A stretch of 64,000 nt of DNA from assembly GCA_902764545.1 (NCBI GenBank), contig CACWWC010000003.1:162-64161 (forward strand), written 5' to 3'. Position numbers and translations under genes: made by a program. The notes under the pieces are model-generated. The model was not told the origin of the DNA. It saw only the letters and a list, made by a program, of their open reading frames with translations, and ran no database searches. How positions within the stretch are numbered: position 1 is the first letter of the stretch; each line of letters starts with the position of its first letter. This DNA comes from an uncultured Erysipelotrichaceae bacterium. Its GTDB lineage: Bacteria > Bacillota_I > Bacilli_A > RF39 > UBA660. Positions 51,490-61,765 of the stretch are shown here, piece after piece.

Positions 51490-51582
51490 ATAATTTAATC
51501 AAAATAAAATAACGATATTTATCGTTTTTTTATTTTACCTCTTTAAAAAAAATAAAAAATATAGTAAAATAGTACTTGTGAT

Positions 51583-51657
51583 TGCCCCATAGCCAAGCGG
51601 TAAGGCAGTGGACTCTGACTCCATTACGCGTTAGTTCGAATCTAACTGGGGCAGCCA
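51583..51657 (+). tRNA. tRNA-Gln(CTG)
   Basis: TGCCCCATAGCCAAGCGGTAAGGC; anticodon arm GTGGA-CTCTGAC-TCCAT; U1-A72; encoded CCA. Confidence 0.95.
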
Positions 51658-51737
51658 TATGAATAAAAAAAGAGTTTACTCTTTTTTCTTTATATAATAA
51701 AATAATTAATGAATTATGTATAAGAAGAGGTGTATCT

Positions 51738-53390
51738 ATGACAAGTGAAGAAAGAATTGAACTTGCAAATCTTTTATTCCCTAATATAAAGAATGAAACT
51801 AAGTATTATGAAGATAAATATCCAGAAAGAAAATTACCTGAAGGAGCTATGGTAACTAGATATGGACCAAGTCCTACTGGTTTTGTACATTTAGGTAATT
51901 TACTTAGTGCTTTTGCAGATATGGTATATTCAAAACAAACAAATGGTAAATTTTTCTTAAGAATTGAAGATACTGATCAAAAAAGAATGATTGATGGTGG
52001 AATTGAAAATATTGTAGGTGTATTACATGATTTTGATATCTTACCAAATGAAGGATATTCTTTTGATGGTGAATATGGACCATATAGACAAAGTGAAAGA
52101 ACTGAAATATATCAAACTTACGTAAAAGATTTAATTATTAGAGGTTTAGCATATCCTTGTTTTATGACAGAAGAAGAAATAGCTAATATTAAAGAAGAAC
52201 AAGAAATCAATAAAACTAAGATTGGTATATATGGAGTTTATGCAGTTGATCGTGATTTATCACTTGATGAAGTAAAAGAACATTTAAATAATAAAGATGA
52301 ATATGTTATTAGACTAAAATCACCAGGTAATGCCAAAAATGAAATAGAAATAGTAGACTGCATTAAAGGAAAACTAAAATTTCCAGAACATGATGTAGAT
52401 ACAATTCTATTAAAGAAAGATGGAACACCAACATATCATTTTGCACATGCGATTGATGATCATTTAATGCATACAACACATGTAATAAGAGGAGATGAAT
52501 GGGTATCAAGCCTACCTTTACATATCCAATTATTTGAAGTGTTAGGATTTACTCCTGTTAAATATGCTCATATTGCTCCAATAACAATAAAAGATGCTGA
52601 AACAGGAAATATTCGAAAAATAAGTAAAAGAAAAGATCCATGGTTTGGAGTTAAATATTATGATGAAAATGGTATTCCAATAGAAGCATTACATTTATAT
52701 TTAGCTACTATTACTAATACTAATTTTGAAGAGTGGTATTTAGCAAATCCAGATAAAAATATCAGTGATTTTGAATTTTCTTTTGATAAACAAGCTATAG
52801 GTGGAACTTCATTTGATGAAGCTAAATTAGTTAATTTATGTAAAACATATTTTTCTCATAAACCAGCAAAAGATATTTTTGAAGAAACACTTAAATGGGC
52901 ATTAAAACATGATGAAGAATATGCAAAATTATTAGAAGAAAATAAAGAAGATATGATTAAATTCTTAAATATAGAAAAAGATGGACCACGCCCAAGAAAA
53001 GATATTGCAAAATACTCTGATGTTAAAGAAGAATTTTCTTATGCAATAGATAGTCTTTTTGAAAAAGAAAACTATTCTAAAAACGAATCAGAAAAAACAT
53101 ATGATACAGATTTAATTATAGATTATGTAAATAATTATTTAGAATTAGATCGTGATAATGAAACATGGTTTAATACAGTAAGAGAATTTGCTATAAAGAA
53201 TGGATATGCATCATCTCCTAAAGAATATAAAGCTGCTCCAGATAGCTTTAAAGGTCATGTAGGAGATATATGTGAAGCAATAAGAGTAATGATTACAGGA
53301 AGATTAAAGTCTCCTGACTTATATAGTATTATGAAAATTCTTGGAAAAGATAGAATTTTAAAAAGAATAGATATGTATAAAAATTTATAA
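51738..53390 (+). CDS. gltX: Glutamate--tRNA ligase, long 550-aa type
   Basis: RYGPSPTGFVHLGN, LRIEDTDQ, PYRQSER, IRGDEW, KISKR. Confidence 0.93.
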   Translation: MTSEERIELANLLFPNIKNETKYYEDKYPERKLPEGAMVTRYGPSPTGFVHLGNLLSAFADMVYSKQTNGKFFLRIEDTDQKRMIDGGIENIVGVLHDFDILPNEGYSFDGEYGPYRQSERTEIYQTYVKDLIIRGLAYPCFMTEEEIANIKEEQEINKTKIGIYGVYAVDRDLSLDEVKEHLNNKDEYVIRLKSPGNAKNEIEIVDCIKGKLKFPEHDVDTILLKKDGTPTYHFAHAIDDHLMHTTHVIRGDEWVSSLPLHIQLFEVLGFTPVKYAHIAPITIKDAETGNIRKISKRKDPWFGVKYYDENGIPIEALHLYLATITNTNFEEWYLANPDKNISDFEFSFDKQAIGGTSFDEAKLVNLCKTYFSHKPAKDIFEETLKWALKHDEEYAKLLEENKEDMIKFLNIEKDGPRPRKDIAKYSDVKEEFSYAIDSLFEKENYSKNESEKTYDTDLIIDYVNNYLELDRDNETWFNTVREFAIKNGYASSPKEYKAAPDSFKGHVGDICEAIRVMITGRLKSPDLYSIMKILGKDRILKRIDMYKNL

Positions 53391-53396
53391 AGCAAA

Positions 53397-53426
53397 ACAA
53401 AAGTCTTGATTTTTCAAGACTTTTGT
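53397..53426 (+). terminator. Hairpin / terminator after gltX
   Basis: ACAAAAGTCTTGA-loop-TCAAGACTTTTGT. Confidence 0.6.
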
Positions 53427-53468
53427 GTTAAAATCGTAGATGTTTTTATTAAAAAGGGATGTGAATTT

Positions 53469-54143
53469 ATGGAAGAAATAGACTTAAAAGAATTATTTGA
53501 ATATTTTAAAGGAAAAATTATTTGGATTATTTTGGCAGCGATAGTAGCAGTAATAATTGGTAATGTGTACACAGCAATTACAAGAGTACCTATGTACAAA
53601 ACAAATTCATCAATTGTTTTAGTAAGTGAACATAGAACTGACTCATCAACTTACAATAATAGTGAACAGCAATTAAATAAAAACTTAGTAGGTACATATT
53701 CAGAGATAATTAAATCTAAAGCAGTTCTTGACAAAGTAATAAAAAACTTAAAATTAAAAAATTCGTATTCAGAACTAAAAAGTAAAGTTACTGTACAAGC
53801 TGTAGAGAATACAGAAATAATTGATATATATGTATCAGATGCAAATACAAAAAAAGCGACTAAGATTGCTAATGAAATTTCAAAAGTGTTTGTAAGTGAA
53901 ATAAATAAATTTTATAAACTAAATAACGTTACAATACTAGATAAAGCTGAGGATGCTAAAACCCCATACAATGTCAATTATCTTAAAGACAATGCGATTT
54001 ATACAATAATAGGATTAGTATTCTCTATGGGAATTATCTTTATAATATTTTATTTTGATACATCAATAAAAACTAGTGATGAAATTGAGAACAAACTAGG
54101 ACTTACTGTAATAGGTACTGTTCCAAGAGTAGGAAGGGAGTAG
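53469..54143 (+). CDS. Polysaccharide co-polymerase / BY-kinase modulator (CpsC/YwqC/Wzz-like)
   Basis: MEEIDLKELF, P.Y, TYSEIIKS..VL, two TM helices, DTSIKTSDEIENKLGL.VIG.VP. Confidence 0.9.
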   Translation: MEEIDLKELFEYFKGKIIWIILAAIVAVIIGNVYTAITRVPMYKTNSSIVLVSEHRTDSSTYNNSEQQLNKNLVGTYSEIIKSKAVLDKVIKNLKLKNSYSELKSKVTVQAVENTEIIDIYVSDANTKKATKIANEISKVFVSEINKFYKLNNVTILDKAEDAKTPYNVNYLKDNAIYTIIGLVFSMGIIFIIFYFDTSIKTSDEIENKLGLTVIGTVPRVGRE

Positions 54144-54150
54144 GCATTAC

Positions 54151-54864
54151 ATGAAAAGTAAAGATTTAGTAATAACAAAAAATCCTAAGTCTGCTTTTGC
54201 AGAATCAATAAGAAGTATACGTACAAACATTTCCTTCTCATCACTAGACAACAAAGAAATAAAAATTATCATTAATACATCTCCAGAGGCAGGCGATGGT
54301 AAAAGTTTTATAACTGCAAATTTAGCAATCGCTTATGCTCAAGAAGGAAAAAAAGTATTATTAATAGATGCTGATTTAAGAAGAGGAAGACAACATACTA
54401 TTTTTGGAGTAATGAATATTACAAGTGGTGGTTATACAAACTTGATATTGAATTATAAACCAAAGATGTCATTTAATAAATATATTTTTACTACATTTGA
54501 TGATAACATTGATATTATTCCAACTGGACCAACACCACCAAATCCGGTAGAATTGTTAGCTAGTGAAACAAATAGGAAGTTGTTAGAAGCTTTAAAGAAA
54601 AAGTATGACATAATCCTAATGGACTGTGCTCCAGTAATAGGTTTAAGTGACCCAATCATCTTAGGAACACTTAGTGATTTGAATTTAATGACCGTATCAG
54701 CAAGAAAAACAAAAATGGAAAGTTTGGAAAAAGCAAAAAAAAGCTTTGAACAAGCAAATTTGAAAATAGATGGTATAATCTTAAATAAAGTAAAAGCATC
54801 ATCAAGTAAATATTATAGCTATTATTATAATAATGAATACTATAGCGATGATGAGACAAATTAA
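54151..54864 (+). CDS. Bacterial tyrosine kinase (CpsD/CapB/PtkA-like)
   Basis: ESIRSIRTN, GDGKS, LIDADLRR, PPNPVELL, DCAPV, C-terminal Tyr cluster YYSYYYNNEYY. Confidence 0.92.
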   Translation: MKSKDLVITKNPKSAFAESIRSIRTNISFSSLDNKEIKIIINTSPEAGDGKSFITANLAIAYAQEGKKVLLIDADLRRGRQHTIFGVMNITSGGYTNLILNYKPKMSFNKYIFTTFDDNIDIIPTGPTPPNPVELLASETNRKLLEALKKKYDIILMDCAPVIGLSDPIILGTLSDLNLMTVSARKTKMESLEKAKKSFEQANLKIDGIILNKVKASSSKYYSYYYNNEYYSDDETN

Positions 54865-54888
54865 AAAAAAGAGTTTGTCTCTTTTTCT

Positions 54889-55587
54889 TTATTTTACCAA
54901 CGTAGCAGCTTTCTCACCTGTTAATACTTTAAGTAGGTTTCCCTTTTTATTAATATCGAAAACTAATATTGGAATATTTTCTTCCATACAAAGACTTATT
55001 GCTGTTGAATCCATGATATTTAATTTTTTATTAAGGACATCAATATATGATATTTCATCATATTTAATAGCATCAGCATATTTTTTTGGATCCTTATCAT
55101 AAATACCGTCAACCTTAGTTGCTTTAATAAGAACATCTGCATTTACCTCAGCAGCTCTTAAGCTAGATGCAGTATCTGTTGAAAAAAACGGACTTCCTGT
55201 ACCACATCCAAATATTACAACGCGGCCCTTCGTTAAGTGTCTTATAGCTCTATCCTTAATATAAAATTCCGAAACCTGTCTCATTTCTATTCCTGACTGA
55301 ACTCTAACAGGGACTCCCACTTGCTTAAACGCATCTCCTAATGCCAAGGCATTCATAACGGTAGCCATCATTCCAATGTAATCACTTGTTGCGCGATCCA
55401 TATATTCATTGCTTCTTCCTCTCCAAAAGTTACCACCGCCAACGACTATACCAATCTCATATCCAAGCTCTACACATTCTTTAACCTCTTTTGCAATCTC
55501 CAAGGCTCTATCAAAATTTATTCCATGTTTACTAGAACCAGCTAGAACCTCACCACTTAGTTTAAGAATAATTCTTTTGTATTTCAA
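54889..55587 (-). CDS. pyrH: UMP kinase
   Basis: [37 protein letters not shown]; TTG start after AGGAG. Confidence 0.96.
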   Translation of the reverse strand: MKYKRIILKLSGEVLAGSSKHGINFDRALEIAKEVKECVELGYEIGIVVGGGNFWRGRSNEYMDRATSDYIGMMATVMNALALGDAFKQVGVPVRVQSGIEMRQVSEFYIKDRAIRHLTKGRVVIFGCGTGSPFFSTDTASSLRAAEVNADVLIKATKVDGIYDKDPKKYADAIKYDEISYIDVLNKKLNIMDSTAISLCMEENIPILVFDINKKGNLLKVLTGEKAATLVK

Positions 55588-55690
55588 ACTATCATCTCCT
55601 AGTTTTAGTTTAACATAATACAAGTTAAGTTGCAAAAAAAACAAAGCAATGTTATAATAACCTCGTTTTATTGAAAGAGGGGTGTTAATC

Positions 55691-56659
55691 ATGGAATTTA
55701 AACAGATTGAATACAACGATTCCAGTGATTCAATATTGAAGGTTATCCAAGAAAACATAACTATCGCATCAAAAATGGAAAGAGAAATTACAAATAATAG
55801 AAGAAGACAACATCCGAAAGCAGAGAGTAAAGAAGTGCCCAATAAGATTAAAACCCCAACAACACCTGAGACAGTGCAAGAAATAAAAGTTGATGAAGAG
55901 TTTGAAGATGCTCTTGCATGCTATCTAGAGGATTATCAAACACTAAGCGATAATTTTACGAAAAGGGCTCTTGAACTAGTTCTTCCCACAAAATCTGACT
56001 ACAGATATCAAGATATAATTATAAGATTACACCTATCTTCGCTTAAAGAAATAAAAGAACTGTCTGAACTTTTGACGGATGAAAATAATACAAAAGAAGA
56101 TCTAGAAGAAATTAAACATTTAATAAGATTGGAAAATAAAAAAATAAAACTATTAAAAGAAATTAGTGCACAAAAAGAAACAGAAAAAAGCACCGATAAT
56201 GAAAAGAAAATTACAATTATACTTGCACCAACATCAACCGGAAGTATCAGACTATTAGAAGAATTAAAACGTATTCCAAATGATTTTTACTTCCAGTTTA
56301 TAGAAATAATCACATCATTAGAAAAAGGTGTATTAAGAAGGGTTAAAGCATTTGTAGAAATAAAAGATTTTAAAGGAATTAGAGAATTACGCTGTGGTGA
56401 TGTAAGAATAGTATTCAAAAGGTTAAGTAATGATAAATATGCATTAATAACAGGTTTCGTAAAAAGAAATGCCGATCAAGCATATAGAGAGCACATTCAA
56501 CACACTATATTAGATTATAAGCAAATAGAAGAACAGTTAAAAAAAGTAAGTACAGAAGAAGACTTTTTATGTGAAAACGAAAAAAGAGTTATGGATTTAA
56601 AAAATATTCTAGGAAACAAAAAAGAATCTAAAGTTGCTAAGAAAGTGGGCGATAAATAA
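55691..56659 (+). CDS. Hypothetical protein with a C-terminal RelE/ParE-like domain
   Basis: ELKRIP...FIEII.SL...[18 protein letters not shown]...ALITGFVKR after a helical N-terminal region. Confidence 0.6.
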   Translation: MEFKQIEYNDSSDSILKVIQENITIASKMEREITNNRRRQHPKAESKEVPNKIKTPTTPETVQEIKVDEEFEDALACYLEDYQTLSDNFTKRALELVLPTKSDYRYQDIIIRLHLSSLKEIKELSELLTDENNTKEDLEEIKHLIRLENKKIKLLKEISAQKETEKSTDNEKKITIILAPTSTGSIRLLEELKRIPNDFYFQFIEIITSLEKGVLRRVKAFVEIKDFKGIRELRCGDVRIVFKRLSNDKYALITGFVKRNADQAYREHIQHTILDYKQIEEQLKKVSTEEDFLCENEKRVMDLKNILGNKKESKVAKKVGDK

Positions 56660-58497
56660 TGAATATATCTCACATCAAAGACGAAATAGATAGAAGAATA
56701 TCAGCTCTTGAAGCAAATAGATATAAATATCATAGTGGATATAAAGAATGTAAAGAGTGCCTAGATAAAAGTTCTTTTAAAGATGCCACAAACTTTATAA
56801 AAGTTGACTTGTACGATTATATAAAATTTTTATTATTTATAGGATGTAATTTTAAAAAACCACTAGATGAATGTGATCAGGATACAAAACATTTAAAAAA
56901 ATACTCAGATTATATCTCATCAAAACAATTTGGACTATTATTTGAATTGTTCTTCTATCTGCTAGATAGAAACTCAATTGATGATTTGATAGATTATCTC
57001 CAAGAAAAAATATCCTTTAAAGAAGCCGCAGAAAGAATATATGAAAAAGATGATCACCTTTTTAAAGAAGATACAGAAAAAAAAGAAAAATTAAAAATTG
57101 GAAAAATTATTTCCTATATAAAAAAAGAAAATAATAATTGTGATATATTAAAAACATTATCGTTAATTAAAGAAAATCGTAGTGCCATGATAAAAATAAC
57201 CGTACTAATAAAGGTTCGAATTGAAGTGGATGAATACTTAAGAGACGATCACACCCGCAAAGAAACAGAACGCTATTTTAAAAAAAGATTTAATCAAGAC
57301 AGAGTAAATCGATTAATTATGCCACTAAGGGACTTTATAACAGATGAAGAGCAAAAAATGCAACAAAGTGATGCAGAAATACAAAAAGAAACAAATAGAA
57401 TGATGAGATCATATGAATTTCTAATAGAATCTCTTATGCAAGGTGAAATAAAAAATGCGAAGAAAATTATAAAGGGCCTAAAAGATGAAAAACTAAAGAA
57501 AATGTTTTTAATTTTTATTTACGAACACAATAATAAATACTATGAATTATTAAAAGATACTTATGAAAATCAAATTACTAAAAATAGCGATGAATATCAA
57601 AAAACATTAGAAGAATATGGTATTACAATAATTGATGATAATATAGATAAAATAAAACATCATACAATAATTGATTTTAAATATATAATATCTTTACTAA
57701 AAAAGATGATAAATAATGATAACGCCATAATATATATCTTAGAGGTAACAGATAGAAAAACAACAGAAACAATTAATGAATATTCTACAAATGGATATCT
57801 AAATTACAAGTTTATTAATGAAAATTTATCTATATTTAATATTCAAAGTAAGGATAATATTAGATTAATAAATAATATTGAAACCTTAATTCAATATGGA
57901 ATAAATCCACAAAATTTTTATGATAGTAATAACGTACTATTAACAGAAAGTAGTTTATTCCAAAGAAATTTGCAAATACTGAAAGACTATAATTTATTGA
58001 GACTTTTAAGAAATACCAAAAACATCTCATTTATTATGAAAGAAGATTTACAAGAAATAATTGACAGATATATTGAATTAGGATTAAAGAACATATTAGA
58101 GGAAACATTAGAGATACTTAATAAACAAAATATTGATAGATTATATTTAAAGAAAAGTTTAAATATGCCTATAAATGATATAGATACAATTAATAGAATA
58201 TTAGATAAAAAAACGTTTGTAATTGATGACGAATTAATCAAAGATTATATTCCAAATATAGTACCACACATGAAGAAAAGAAATCTTCCAGTTACAATTG
58301 ATGACTTGGAAACATATAGAATTGATAATTTAACATATAGAATTGCAGGAGTTTTATTTTCATCGATAAAGGTTCAATTTTTATTAAATAAAGGATATGA
58401 CATGTATGATTCATTGTTCTATAATACATATATAACAATAGATGAATATCAAAATATAATGGATACATTACTATCAAAAGTTAAAACAAAACAATAA
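56659..58497 (+). CDS. Large alpha-helical hypothetical protein with mTERF-like repeats in the C-terminal half
   Basis: TAATG coupling; recurring L..N+..L..YG/LG units. Confidence 0.6.
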   Translation: MNISHIKDEIDRRISALEANRYKYHSGYKECKECLDKSSFKDATNFIKVDLYDYIKFLLFIGCNFKKPLDECDQDTKHLKKYSDYISSKQFGLLFELFFYLLDRNSIDDLIDYLQEKISFKEAAERIYEKDDHLFKEDTEKKEKLKIGKIISYIKKENNNCDILKTLSLIKENRSAMIKITVLIKVRIEVDEYLRDDHTRKETERYFKKRFNQDRVNRLIMPLRDFITDEEQKMQQSDAEIQKETNRMMRSYEFLIESLMQGEIKNAKKIIKGLKDEKLKKMFLIFIYEHNNKYYELLKDTYENQITKNSDEYQKTLEEYGITIIDDNIDKIKHHTIIDFKYIISLLKKMINNDNAIIYILEVTDRKTTETINEYSTNGYLNYKFINENLSIFNIQSKDNIRLINNIETLIQYGINPQNFYDSNNVLLTESSLFQRNLQILKDYNLLRLLRNTKNISFIMKEDLQEIIDRYIELGLKNILEETLEILNKQNIDRLYLKKSLNMPINDIDTINRILDKKTFVIDDELIKDYIPNIVPHMKKRNLPVTIDDLETYRIDNLTYRIAGVLFSSIKVQFLLNKGYDMYDSLFYNTYITIDEYQNIMDTLLSKVKTKQ

Positions 58498-58535
58498 AAT
58501 AATAGATAAAATAAACAAAAAAACAATAATCTTAA

Positions 58536-58604
58536 TGTTTGACGTTTCATGTTCAAACCGCATTGAAAAGGTTTTAAACATTCTGTACCTTAAAAGCGAG
58601 TCTT
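58536..58604 (+). ncRNA. L21 ribosomal protein leader; boundaries approximate
   Basis: ACCGCA..AAGG..TACCTT..GCGAGTC structure directly upstream of rplU. Confidence 0.6.
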
Positions 58605-58629
58605 AAAATAAAATAAAGGAGGTAAATAC

Positions 58630-58932
58630 ATGAACGCTGTAATAAAAGTCGGTGGAAAACAATATAACGTTACTGAAGGTTCTGAAATCTATGTTGAAAA
58701 ATTAGATTGTGAAGAAGGTAATGTAGTTGATTTCAATCAAGTATTGATGCTTGATAAGAAAATAGGTAATCCTTATCTTACTGGTGTTACTGTTCAAGGA
58801 GAAGTTATAAAGAACGGTAAAGGAAAGAAAATAACTGTTTTCAAATATAAGTGCAAAGATAGATCAAACCGTAAAAAACAAGGACATAGACAACCTTATA
58901 CAAAAATTAGAATTACTAAAATAGCTGGATAA
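58630..58932 (+). CDS. rplU: 50S ribosomal protein L21
   Basis: GGKQY.V, GHRQPYTK. Confidence 0.97.
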   Translation: MNAVIKVGGKQYNVTEGSEIYVEKLDCEEGNVVDFNQVLMLDKKIGNPYLTGVTVQGEVIKNGKGKKITVFKYKCKDRSNRKKQGHRQPYTKIRITKIAG

Positions 58933-58934
58933 TT

Positions 58935-59237
58935 ATGATTAATGTAGTAATAAAAAAAGAACATAGTAAGTATAAGAAAATAAATATCCTAGGCCATGCA
59001 ATGTATGATGATTATGGTAAGGATATAGTGTGTAGTGCTGTAAGTAGTATTGTTACAACAACAGTCAATGGAATACTTACTTTGGATAAGGGAAGTTTAA
59101 GCTACCTAATTAGTAAAAAAGGTATGACAATTGATATAAAAACAGCAGATGAGACAACTCAGTTACTAATTGGGAATATGGTTAATTTACTTAAAGACTT
59201 AGAAAAAAAGTATAAAGAAAATATAGAAGTAAAGTAA
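58935..59237 (+). CDS. prp: Ribosomal-processing cysteine protease Prp (YsxB)
   Basis: GHA....[10 protein letters not shown]; between rplU and rpmA. Confidence 0.93.
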   Translation: MINVVIKKEHSKYKKINILGHAMYDDYGKDIVCSAVSSIVTTTVNGILTLDKGSLSYLISKKGMTIDIKTADETTQLLIGNMVNLLKDLEKKYKENIEVK

Positions 59238-59248
59238 GGAGGAGAATT

Positions 59249-59539
59249 ATGAAATTAATAAAATTAGATATCCAATTATTTGCTCACCATAAAGGGCAAG
59301 GATCAACATCTAATGGTCGTGATTCTGCAGGACGTAGACTAGGAGCTAAAGCAGCTGATGGTGAATTCGTAACAGCTGGTTCAATTATATATCGTCAAAG
59401 AGGAACAAAAGTGTTCCCTGGAACAAACACACGTCGTGGTAATGATGATAGTATCTATGCAACTGTTGACGGAATCGTTAAGTTCGAACGTTTAGGAAGA
59501 GATAAGAAGAAAGCATCTGTCTATCCAGTAGGAGAATAA
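59249..59539 (+). CDS. rpmA: 50S ribosomal protein L27 with Prp-cleaved extension
   Basis: LDIQLF|[23 protein letters not shown]. Confidence 0.97.
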   Translation: MKLIKLDIQLFAHHKGQGSTSNGRDSAGRRLGAKAADGEFVTAGSIIYRQRGTKVFPGTNTRRGNDDSIYATVDGIVKFERLGRDKKKASVYPVGE

Positions 59540-59542
59540 ATG

Positions 59543-59567
59543 AAAAAGAACCATTAGGGTTCTTTTT
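59543..59567 (+). terminator. Intrinsic terminator
   Basis: AAAAAGAACC-ATTAG-GGTTCTTTTT. Confidence 0.75.
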
Positions 59568-59716
59568 AATATTTCATATATATAATAAATGCAGTATAAT
59601 AGAAAAAAAGAAGAATATAGAGTGAAAACAATGAATTAAAAAAAGTGTATAAATATTAAATTAAATAAAATTAAACAAAGTAATTGCAAAACAATAATCT
59701 AAAAGGAGGATTTGCC

Positions 59717-60988
59717 ATGTTTGTAGATGAAGTGGAATTAAAAGTCGAAGCTGGTAATGGTGGTGACGGGTGCACCGCTTTTCGTCGTGAAAAATACGTA
59801 GAAATGGGTGGACCATACGGAGGAAACGGAGGCCATGGCTCAGATATAATATTCAAAGTAGATGAAGGGCTACATACACTTTTAGATTTACGTTACCAAA
59901 AAACTATAAAAGGAAAAAAAGGTGAAAATGGTAAGGGAAAGAACCAACATGGAAAGGGAGCAGAACCACTTATTGTAAAAGTGCCACAAGGTACAGTAGT
60001 TACGGATTTAGATACTGGATTTGTAATTGCCGATTTATCTCATAAAAATCAAGAAGAGATAATTGCACACGGCGGAAGAGGTGGAAGAGGTAACACTGCA
60101 TTTAAAACCCAAACAAATACAGCGCCAAATTATTCAGAAAATGGTGAAGAGGGGGAAAAAAAGAATTTAAAAGTTGAAGTTAAAATGTTAGCAGATGTAG
60201 GACTTGTGGGATTACCAAGCGTTGGTAAGTCTACAATCATTTCCTGCGTATCAGCATCAAAACCAAAAATAGCCGCTTATCATTTTACAACTCTAACACC
60301 AAATCTTGGCGTAACAAAATCTTCGGATGGTAGAAGTTTTGTGATAGCAGATCTACCAGGATTGATAGAAGGAGCACATGAGGGAGACGGTCTTGGAGAT
60401 AAATTTTTAAAGCACATAGAAAGAACTAGAGTTATAGCTCACGTTGTAGATATGTCAGGGAGTGAGCTAAGAAATCCATACGAAGATTATCTATTGATCA
60501 ATAAAGAGTTAAAAGAATATAATGAGAATTTGACAAAAAAACCAATGATAGTAATAGCTAATAAAATGGATTTACCTGAATCGCAAGAAAATTTAAAAGA
60601 ATTTAAAAAGAAGGTAAAGTGTGAAATATTTGAAGTTAGTGCTGCAAAAAATCAAGGATTACAAGAAGTTATAAATCGTCTTGCTGACATTTTAGATACA
60701 ATTCCAAACAATCCATTATATGATGAAAGTCAAATAGAAAGCCACGTTTTATATAAATTTAAAAAAGAAGAACCATTTACGATTACAAAAGAAGACGATG
60801 TTTGGGTAATTAAAGGAAAAGAAATAGAGAGAATCTTTAAGATGACAAAATTTTCATCAGAAGAAGCTGCATATAGATTTGCAAAGAAACTAAAAAGAAT
60901 GGGAATAGATGACAAATTAAAAGAATTGGGTGCAAAAGAAAATGATCAAGTAAGAATTGTTGATTTCTATTTCGACTATAAGGACTAA
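59717..60988 (+). CDS. obgE: GTPase ObgE/CgtA
   Basis: MFVDEV..AGNGGDG..FRREKY, GLPSVGKS, YHFTT, DLPG, NKMD. Confidence 0.97.
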   Translation: MFVDEVELKVEAGNGGDGCTAFRREKYVEMGGPYGGNGGHGSDIIFKVDEGLHTLLDLRYQKTIKGKKGENGKGKNQHGKGAEPLIVKVPQGTVVTDLDTGFVIADLSHKNQEEIIAHGGRGGRGNTAFKTQTNTAPNYSENGEEGEKKNLKVEVKMLADVGLVGLPSVGKSTIISCVSASKPKIAAYHFTTLTPNLGVTKSSDGRSFVIADLPGLIEGAHEGDGLGDKFLKHIERTRVIAHVVDMSGSELRNPYEDYLLINKELKEYNENLTKKPMIVIANKMDLPESQENLKEFKKKVKCEIFEVSAAKNQGLQEVINRLADILDTIPNNPLYDESQIESHVLYKFKKEEPFTITKEDDVWVIKGKEIERIFKMTKFSSEEAAYRFAKKLKRMGIDDKLKELGAKENDQVRIVDFYFDYKD

Positions 60989-61002
60989 ATTAGGAGCAAA
61001 GC

Positions 61003-61707
61003 ATGAATGATATTGAACAAATAAAAAAAATTACACAAGAAAAAGTTATCCAATTTATTAAAGGTAATCCTAGACTATATACTAAATATGATGCCCAAAG
61101 GATTATCAGTATAGTCGAATCTGGAACTATTCCAGATGTGTATAGCGAAGAGTTGGCAAGAGAGGTATTAGATGAATTGGGATTAATACCAGACAGATAT
61201 AATATATATATAGATTTTTTAAAACTTATAGAAGAAATTTATGGAATAGAAGATAAAAATATTCTAGAAGTAGGTGGTGGATGTTTGCCCAGGCTAGCTT
61301 CAAGAATAAATTTGGAACAGACAAAAGGAACAATTACAGTCTATGACCCAAGATTAAGTCTAGAATATTCAAATGAAAAATTAGCATTAAAACGACAAAA
61401 TGTAACAATTGATACAGATGTAAAAGGAATTGATTTAATAATAGGCCTAATGCCATGCAAGGGAGCAGAAGCTCTTATAAGACTTGCTACAAAGAATAAT
61501 ATAGATTTTATAGTATGGCTCTGTGAAGGAGGGCCACATGGTGATTATTTTGATTTTTATGAAGACGAACATGAATGGCGGGGATCTATAATTTTAGAAG
61601 CTGAAAATCAAGTGAAAAAACAAAATATGGGAATATTAAAACAAAAAATCATTTCAAAATATCCTCATAATTATCCAATTATTTATAATAAGAGAAAAGA
61701 AGACTAA
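61003..61707 (+). CDS. Hypothetical SAM-methyltransferase-like protein
   Basis: ILEVGGG, ITVYDP, DLIIGLMPC. Confidence 0.5.
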   Translation: MNDIEQIKKITQEKVIQFIKGNPRLYTKYDAQRIISIVESGTIPDVYSEELAREVLDELGLIPDRYNIYIDFLKLIEEIYGIEDKNILEVGGGCLPRLASRINLEQTKGTITVYDPRLSLEYSNEKLALKRQNVTIDTDVKGIDLIIGLMPCKGAEALIRLATKNNIDFIVWLCEGGPHGDYFDFYEDEHEWRGSIILEAENQVKKQNMGILKQKIISKYPHNYPIIYNKRKED

Positions 61708-61765
61708 AAGTGTATACCAAAATAATCAAAATATGATATAATCTCTATATAGTAGAGGTGTATGT

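Noticed and set aside
39579-51657. Prophage or integrative element between tRNA-Met and tRNA-Gln
   Set aside because: No integrase, phage or conjugation genes, and I found no duplicated tRNA 3' end by eye.
51658-51737. T-box riboswitch before gltX
   Set aside because: Only 80 nt, no GGTGGNACC motif; just a short terminator-like hairpin.
55588-55842. 85-aa N-terminal extension of PyrH in the ORF track
   Set aside because: AGGAG + TTG at 55587 gives a normal-length enzyme, and the extension overlaps the divergent gene.
59589-59639. 16-codon ORF upstream of obgE as a leader peptide or spo0B remnant
   Set aside because: No RBS, overlaps a TATAAT element, and has no resemblance to Spo0B.
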